Made by a program: the position numbers and the translations under genes. From a virus (taxonomy: Duplodnaviria; Caudoviricetes), in IMG/VR virus record IMGVR_UViG_3300042326_000500, positions 1 through 29,828 of that record: a stretch of DNA of 29,828 bases; one strand, written 5' to 3'. The notes under the pieces are model-generated. The model did no database searches and was not told the DNA's origin. It was given only the letters and a program-made list of their open reading frames with translations. Below, piece after piece: positions 24,570 to 29,828 of this stretch (positions are counted from its first letter, which is position 1; the number at the start of each line of letters is the position of its first letter).

Positions 24570-27500
24570 ATGCCCCGCAACCTTTCCGGTGTTTACACCC
24601 TTCCCGCTGGTAACCCTGTGGTGCCTGGCACCACAATCGACGCGGCCTGGGCCAACTCGACGCTGGAGGACATCTCCAACGAGTTGACCAACTCGCTGTC
24701 GCGCACGGGCGCTGGCGGCATGCTGGCGCCGTTCCGCATTGCTGACGGCAACGTCACCGGGCCGGGCCTGTCGTTCCTGAACGAAACCAACACCGGCTAC
24801 TACCGCGTCGGGGCGGGATCGACCGCGTTCTCAATCCTGGGCGTCAATACGCTGCAGATGAACACCACGTCGGTGACTGTCCCTGCAGCGCGCACCCTAA
24901 ATGCGCAGGGCAACGCGCTGGTGGCCGGTACGCTTGGCGTCACGGGCGCCACGCTTATGGCCTCGACGCTTGGCGTGACTGGTGTGATTACGGCACTGGG
25001 TGGAGTTCTTGGCAACATCACGGCAGCCAGCGGCACCTCGACGTTCAACGACCTAGTGATCAACGGCTCGCTGGACATGGTGGCCGGCAGCTCGGCGACC
25101 ATCACCGGGCTGTCGACCCCGACCAACGCTAGCGACGCGGCCAACAAGGGCTACGTCGACACGCAGGACGCGCTGAAGCTCAACCTCGCCGGTGGCACCA
25201 TGAGCGGCAACCTCGCCATGGGCAACAACCTGGTGACGGGGCTCGGCACGCCGGCATCTGGCGGCGACGCGACCAACAAGACCTACGTCGATGGCCAGAT
25301 CGCCACGCGTCTAGCGCTGGCCGGCGGGACGATGTCGGGTGCCATTGCGATGGGCACCAACAAGATCACGGGCCTTGGCACCCCCACCGCCGACGCTGAC
25401 GCGGCCACCAAGGCCTACGTCGACAGCGTGGCGCAGGGCCTGGACGTGAAGGGCAGCGTGCGCGCTGCGACCACCGGCAACATCACGCTGTCGGGCACGC
25501 AGACGATCGACGGCGTGGCCGTGATCGCCGGCGACCGGGTGCTGGTCAAGGACCAGTCGACGGCCGCCAACAACGGCATCTACGTGGCCGCTGCTGGTTC
25601 CTGGTCGCGTGCGGCTGACGCCGACACCTGGGCTGAGCTGGTCGGCGCGTTCGTGTTCGTCGAGGACGGCACCGTCAACGACAACAGCGGCTGGGTCTGC
25701 ACGGTGGCGCCTGGTGGCACGCTGGGCGTGACCGCGGTGACGTTTGAGCAGTTCTCTGGCGCGGGGCAGATCACTGCCGGCGCCGGTATGGTCAAGGTCG
25801 GCAACACGCTCAATGTGCAGTCGGCGTCGAGCTCTCGCATCGTGGTGGGTGCCGACGAGATCGACCTGGCGACCACGGGCGTGAGTGCCGGCACCTATCG
25901 GTCGGTCGGTGTCGACATCTATGGCCGCGTGACAACGGGCACCAACCCGACGACGCTGGCCGGCTACGGCATCACCGACGCCTACACCTCAACGGCCACC
26001 GACACGCTGCTTAACGGCAAGCTGTCGCTGACCGGCGGCACGATGTCGGGCCCGATCGCCATGGGCACGAGCAAGATCACTGGCCTGGGTGATCCGACCA
26101 ACGCCCAGGATGCTGCCACCAAGAACTATACCGACACCGGCCTGAACGCCAAGCTGTCGCTGTCGGGTGGCACGATGACCGGCGCCCTGGCCATGGGCAC
26201 CAACCGCATCACCGGCATGGGTGACCCGGTCAATGCGCAGGACGGGGCGACCAAGAACTACATCGACACGATCTTCGGCTCGACGGCGTCGGCTGCAGCG
26301 TCTGCCGCAGCTGCTGCGTCTAGTGCTTCGTCGGCGAGCTCTAGTGCGTCGAGTGCGTCGACCAGCGCGTCCAATGCGTCGACGTCGGCTAGCACTGCCT
26401 CGACGGCCCTGTTCAACTTCCGCGCTCAGTACCTGGGCCCGCTCGCGTCTGACCCGACGGTCGACGGCAACGGCAACCCGGTGAGCACGGGCGACCTGTA
26501 CTTCAACACGACGGCCAGCGAGACGCGCGTCTACAACGGCAGCGCCTGGGTCGCGGCCTATGTGCCGACTGCTGGCTACGCGCTGCTGGCCTCGGCCAAC
26601 GTGTTCACCGCGAACCAGACCATCACGGCCAACACCTCAAACGACGCGCTGAAAATCACGCAGACGGGCTCGGGCAACGCGCTGTACATCGAGGATGTGG
26701 CGGCTGACGCCACGCCGTTTGTGGTGTCGTCCACCGGCGTGCTGGGCATCGGCACCACGACGCCTGACAACGTGACGTCGGCTGGTATCGCGCTAGTGTC
26801 CAACAGCGGGTTCTATCCGCAGCTCATCCAGCGCAACACCGCCAACGACGCCAACGCGTCGTACTTAGGCCTTGAGAAGATTCGCGGCAGTTCGGCCGTC
26901 CAGAGCAACGACATCCTGGGCAACATCGTGTTCCGCGGCTACGACGGCACGCAGTTCCTGCAGGGCGCGGCGATCTGGGCCAGGATCAGCGCCACGCCAG
27001 GCGCCAATGACATGCCGACCGATCTGCTGTTTGGCACGACGCCTGATGGCGGCGCGGGCATCAGCGAGCGCATGAACTTGGACAAAAACGGCAACCTCGG
27101 TCTGGGGGTGACGCCAAGTGCTTGGCAATCTGGTTTGCGTGCTTTTCAAGTTGGCGCAACAGCATCAATTTACTCAAACGGCTCAAACACCACTTTTCAC
27201 GGCCTAAACTTCTTCACAGATTCTGGTGGGACAAACAGATATTTAATTTCAAACTTTGCATCTGCCTACGGTCAGGTTTCTGGCGCTCATAACTGGTTTA
27301 CCGCCCCCTCCGGCACCGCAGGAAACGCCATCAGTTTCACGCAGGCGATGACACTGGAGGCTTCTGGTCGATTGCTTGTTGGTGTTACTTCTGGAAGTTA
27401 CGCACTTGATGTCGGTGATGTTTCCGGCGGAAATATGTTCCGCTTCGCTCGTTCAGGGGTTGAACTAAGTTCTTACATCAGTAGCGGTACTCCGTTCTTT

Positions 27501-28649
27501 GGAACGACCTCAAATACAGAACTTGCGCTGATGACCAACAGCACAAGGCGTGCAACCATAGACACCTCCGGCAACCTCGGTCTGGGGGTGACGCCGAGTG
27601 CTTGGGGAAGCAGTTACAGGGCTTTGCAAGTTGGCTCAGCATCTTCGCTGTATGGGATCGGCGCCAACACGATTGTTGGAAACAACGCCTACAACGACGG
27701 GACAAATTCTCGTTACATCACAAGTTCTCAAGCCACTTTGTACGCCCAAAACTCATCAGGGCAACACATTTGGTACACCGCAGCCTCCGGCACCGCAGGA
27801 AACGCCATCAGTTTCACGCAGGCGATGACGCTGGATGCGAGTGGGAATTTGGGCGTCAATGCCACATCAATTGCCGGTCTTGGCACCAACATCACGACCA
27901 TTGAAATAAAAGGAAAGGCCACTGATCGCACTGGTGGAGTGCGCTTGCGCAGTTCTGATAACTCGGTTGACTTCAGCTATTACTCAGCATCAGGCGTGGG
28001 GTCGCTTGGTTCAGATTCAAATCACCCGCTTGCGTTTGTTACTTACGCCACCGAACGCGCACGGATTACGTCGGGTGGTCTGCTTCTCATCGGCAAAACC
28101 TCCGATGTAAACGGCAGGCTTCAGGTGCGCGGTTCTTATTCGTCCGGTATCCTTGTTGATGGGGGCACCGATGATGGCAACTGGGGTGGCGGCGTTGGCT
28201 TTTACTCCGCCACAAGCAACGGCCAATACGGACGTGTCCATGCGAGCACGGGCGGGCTGTTTGCTACAGGTGGCACGACAGGGGGAGTCGTTCTTTCGCC
28301 CGGCGCTACGTCGTGGGCTTCAGCGTCCGACGTCCGCCTAAAGAACATTATTGAGCCAATCGCAAGCCCTTTAGACAAGGTGATGCGACTTGAGTCGTTC
28401 ATCTTTTCGTGGAAGTCTGACGCCTCGAATAAGCGTTGTGTGGGCTTGTCGGCCCAGTCTGTTGACGAAGTTTTGCCTGAGGCTGTCGTCAAAACACGCA
28501 ATCAAGAGAACCGCGAAGATGAAACCGAATATCTCGGAGTCAAGTACACCGAGTTGGTGCCTTTGCTGACCGCAGCAATCCAAGAACTTAAGGCACAGAA
28601 CGACGACCTCCGCGCCCGTGTGGCGCAACTTGAAGCCAAAGGAGCATGA
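24570..28649 (+). CDS. tail fibre/spike with a C-terminal peptidase S74 intramolecular chaperone
   Basis: start moved to MPRNLSGVYTLPAGNPVV (GAGGAG RBS); GGTMSG...DAAxKxYVD repeats; Ser/Ala-rich stretch; SDVRLKNI...GLSAQ...YTELVPLL..AIQEL. Confidence 0.9.
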   Translation: MPRNLSGVYTLPAGNPVVPGTTIDAAWANSTLEDISNELTNSLSRTGAGGMLAPFRIADGNVTGPGLSFLNETNTGYYRVGAGSTAFSILGVNTLQMNTTSVTVPAARTLNAQGNALVAGTLGVTGATLMASTLGVTGVITALGGVLGNITAASGTSTFNDLVINGSLDMVAGSSATITGLSTPTNASDAANKGYVDTQDALKLNLAGGTMSGNLAMGNNLVTGLGTPASGGDATNKTYVDGQIATRLALAGGTMSGAIAMGTNKITGLGTPTADADAATKAYVDSVAQGLDVKGSVRAATTGNITLSGTQTIDGVAVIAGDRVLVKDQSTAANNGIYVAAAGSWSRAADADTWAELVGAFVFVEDGTVNDNSGWVCTVAPGGTLGVTAVTFEQFSGAGQITAGAGMVKVGNTLNVQSASSSRIVVGADEIDLATTGVSAGTYRSVGVDIYGRVTTGTNPTTLAGYGITDAYTSTATDTLLNGKLSLTGGTMSGPIAMGTSKITGLGDPTNAQDAATKNYTDTGLNAKLSLSGGTMTGALAMGTNRITGMGDPVNAQDGATKNYIDTIFGSTASAAASAAAAASSASSASSSASSASTSASNASTSASTASTALFNFRAQYLGPLASDPTVDGNGNPVSTGDLYFNTTASETRVYNGSAWVAAYVPTAGYALLASANVFTANQTITANTSNDALKITQTGSGNALYIEDVAADATPFVVSSTGVLGIGTTTPDNVTSAGIALVSNSGFYPQLIQRNTANDANASYLGLEKIRGSSAVQSNDILGNIVFRGYDGTQFLQGAAIWARISATPGANDMPTDLLFGTTPDGGAGISERMNLDKNGNLGLGVTPSAWQSGLRAFQVGATASIYSNGSNTTFHGLNFFTDSGGTNRYLISNFASAYGQVSGAHNWFTAPSGTAGNAISFTQAMTLEASGRLLVGVTSGSYALDVGDVSGGNMFRFARSGVELSSYISSGTPFFGTTSNTELALMTNSTRRATIDTSGNLGLGVTPSAWGSSYRALQVGSASSLYGIGANTIVGNNAYNDGTNSRYITSSQATLYAQNSSGQHIWYTAASGTAGNAISFTQAMTLDASGNLGVNATSIAGLGTNITTIEIKGKATDRTGGVRLRSSDNSVDFSYYSASGVGSLGSDSNHPLAFVTYATERARITSGGLLLIGKTSDVNGRLQVRGSYSSGILVDGGTDDGNWGGGVGFYSATSNGQYGRVHASTGGLFATGGTTGGVVLSPGATSWASASDVRLKNIIEPIASPLDKVMRLESFIFSWKSDASNKRCVGLSAQSVDEVLPEAVVKTRNQENREDETEYLGVKYTELVPLLTAAIQELKAQNDDLRARVAQLEAKGA
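25098..26270 (+). repeat. 44-aa fibre shaft repeats (LAGGTMSG.IAMGT.KITGLG.PT...DAATK.YVD)
   Basis: GGTM units at 25191, 25323, 26034 and 26166 (132-nt spacing within each pair), plus a partial copy near 25100. Confidence 0.85.
27089..27829 (+). repeat. two pairs of near-identical direct repeats bounding diverged fibre modules
   Basis: 27089-27125 vs 27569-27605 (36/37 nt identical); 27307-27352 vs 27784-27829 (46/46). Confidence 0.9.
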
Positions 28650-28957
28650 GCATGGACATCATCATCAACACCCTGGAGCGCAACACCGCCGACGGCGCCG
28701 TGATCACGGTGCACTGGTCGACCGCCAAGACGCAGGGCGAGCACACCGCCAGCCAGTACGGAACCGAGTCGTTCGAGGCTGATCCGGCAGCGCCTGGGTT
28801 CGTGCCTTACGAGCAGCTGACGAAGGAGATCGTCACCGGCTGGCTGACCGCGCGCTGGGGGGCTGAGGGCCTGGCCGCCAAGGAGGCTGCGCTGGACGCG
28901 CAGCTGGCTCAGATGGCCAACCCGCCGGTGGTGATCGGCCTGCCCTGGGCGGCATAA
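28646..28957 (+). CDS. small tail-fibre-associated protein
   Basis: ATGA overlap with the fibre gene; V.TVHW...FVPYEQLT...V.GW...LPW pattern common downstream of fibre genes. Confidence 0.7.
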   Translation: MSMDIIINTLERNTADGAVITVHWSTAKTQGEHTASQYGTESFEADPAAPGFVPYEQLTKEIVTGWLTARWGAEGLAAKEAALDAQLAQMANPPVVIGLPWAA

Positions 28958-29025
28958 TTCACGGCTGCAGCGGTGCGAATACAGCACCGCGCTGCGAATC
29001 CCACGACAACCCACTGGAGATCCAA

Positions 29026-29196
29026 ATGGAAATCACCCTGAAGCTCGACCTGCAAGAAGTCAACGCGCTGCTGAATGTCATGGGCCAGCTGCCCACCAGC
29101 ACCAACGTCTGGCCCCTGGCCGCCAAGGTCCGCGCACAAGCCGAGCAGCAGATCCCCAAGGAGGCGACAGATGATGCTGCGCCTGTTCAAGAGTAA
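29026..29196 (+). CDS. 56-aa hypothetical protein (MEITLKLDLQEVNALLNVMGQLPTSTNVWPLAAKVRAQAEQQ...)
   Basis: translated by hand; GGAG RBS; phage-like codon usage. Confidence 0.7.
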   Translation: MEITLKLDLQEVNALLNVMGQLPTSTNVWPLAAKVRAQAEQQIPKEATDDAAPVQE

Positions 29197-29206
29197 GGAG
29201 AGAACA

Positions 29207-29437
29207 GTGTCAGCCGACCACGCAACACTTGACGCCACGTTGGCGGCCGCGGGCAGCAAAGCGACCTACACCGGCGCGAGTGCCAGCGTGGTGGCCTGGT
29301 TCCTCTCCTCTGAATTCGGAATGCTGGCCGGCCTCGGTATCGGTATCGCCGGCCTCGGCGTCAACTGGTACTACAAGCACAAAGAGGACAGGCGACGCCA
29401 GGCCGAGCACGACAAGCGAATGCGCGACGAGGATTAA
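29207..29437 (+). CDS. holin (HP1-like class); alternative upstream in-frame start at 29171
   Basis: hydrophobic segment followed by VNWYYK and a charged tail; directly before the endolysin; TAAGGAG RBS before GTG 29207. Confidence 0.8.
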   Translation: MSADHATLDATLAAAGSKATYTGASASVVAWFLSSEFGMLAGLGIGIAGLGVNWYYKHKEDRRRQAEHDKRMRDED

Positions 29438-29828
29438 ATGGACCGCGTGAAGCTCGCCGGCCTAGCACTAAGTGCTACAGCACTTGTCGGGATTGCGCTT
29501 CACGAGGGCTACAGCGACCGGGCCTACACACCGGTCCCAGGTGACGTCCCGACGATCGGATTCGGGACCACCGAGGGCGTCAAGCCCGGTGACACGATCA
29601 CACCCCCCAAGGCCCTGGCCAGGGCCCTGCAGGACGTTCAGAAGTACGAGGGCGCCCTCAAACGCTGCGTCAAGGTGCCGCTGCACCAGCATGAGTACGA
29701 CGCCTACATCAGCCTGTCCTACAACATCGGCCAGACCGCGTTCTGCGGCAGCACCCTGGTCAGGAAGCTCAACGCCGAGGACTACGCCGGCGCCTGCGCG
29801 GAGATCCTGCGCTGGGACAAATTCAAGG
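29438..29828 (+). CDS. SAR endolysin, GH24 lysozyme (3' truncated)
   Basis: MDRVKLAGLALSATALVGIALHEGYSDRAYTPVPGDVPTIGFGTT...EYDAYISLSYNIG..AFCGSTLVRKLN; weakly hydrophobic N-terminal anchor. Confidence 0.92.
   Translation, partial: MDRVKLAGLALSATALVGIALHEGYSDRAYTPVPGDVPTIGFGTTEGVKPGDTITPPKALARALQDVQKYEGALKRCVKVPLHQHEYDAYISLSYNIGQTAFCGSTLVRKLNAEDYAGACAEILRWDKFK

Noticed and set aside
27089-27829. Diversity-generating retroelement TR/VR pair or invertible shufflon
   Set aside because: Both copies are coding and direct, differences are not adenine-specific and include indels, and no reverse transcriptase or invertase is in the window.

Overview
This window is a GC-rich segment of a tailed-phage genome, probably temperate, with a short-tail (podovirus-type) gene order and no tape-measure gene. 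It is cut at both ends. From left to right it holds: (1) a leftward early operon (DUF669-type SSB, AAA_24/Sak4-like ATPase, small ORFs); (2) a divergent cI/cro-like switch with palindromic operator-like sites; (3) a primase-helicase fusion followed by an iteron- and hairpin-rich origin candidate; (4) terS, a DUF3310-type ORF, terL and portal; (5) an accessory block in the head module; (6) scaffold, major capsid, an Ig-like decoration protein, adaptor and nozzle proteins, a GNAT, ejection proteins and a mosaic tail fibre; (7) holin and SAR endolysin. The accessory block has a Dps/ferritin-like ORF, a protein joining a pre-toxin-TG-like segment to an HhH-GPD glycosylase-like domain, and a convergent antisense small gene with its own promoter. 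The most interesting signals are this toxin/immunity-like pair and a 10-nt motif, ACCCACGACA. The motif recurs in sense orientation near six gene starts or leaders, and its complement lies in a terminator/antiterminator switch just after the capsid gene. Also notable are a highly structured capsid leader RNA, a shared sigma54-like late promoter and a Pro-rich/acidic-repeat tail-module ORF. All product calls come from motif recognition and gene order, with no database searches. No integrase, tRNA, rRNA or CRISPR array was seen.
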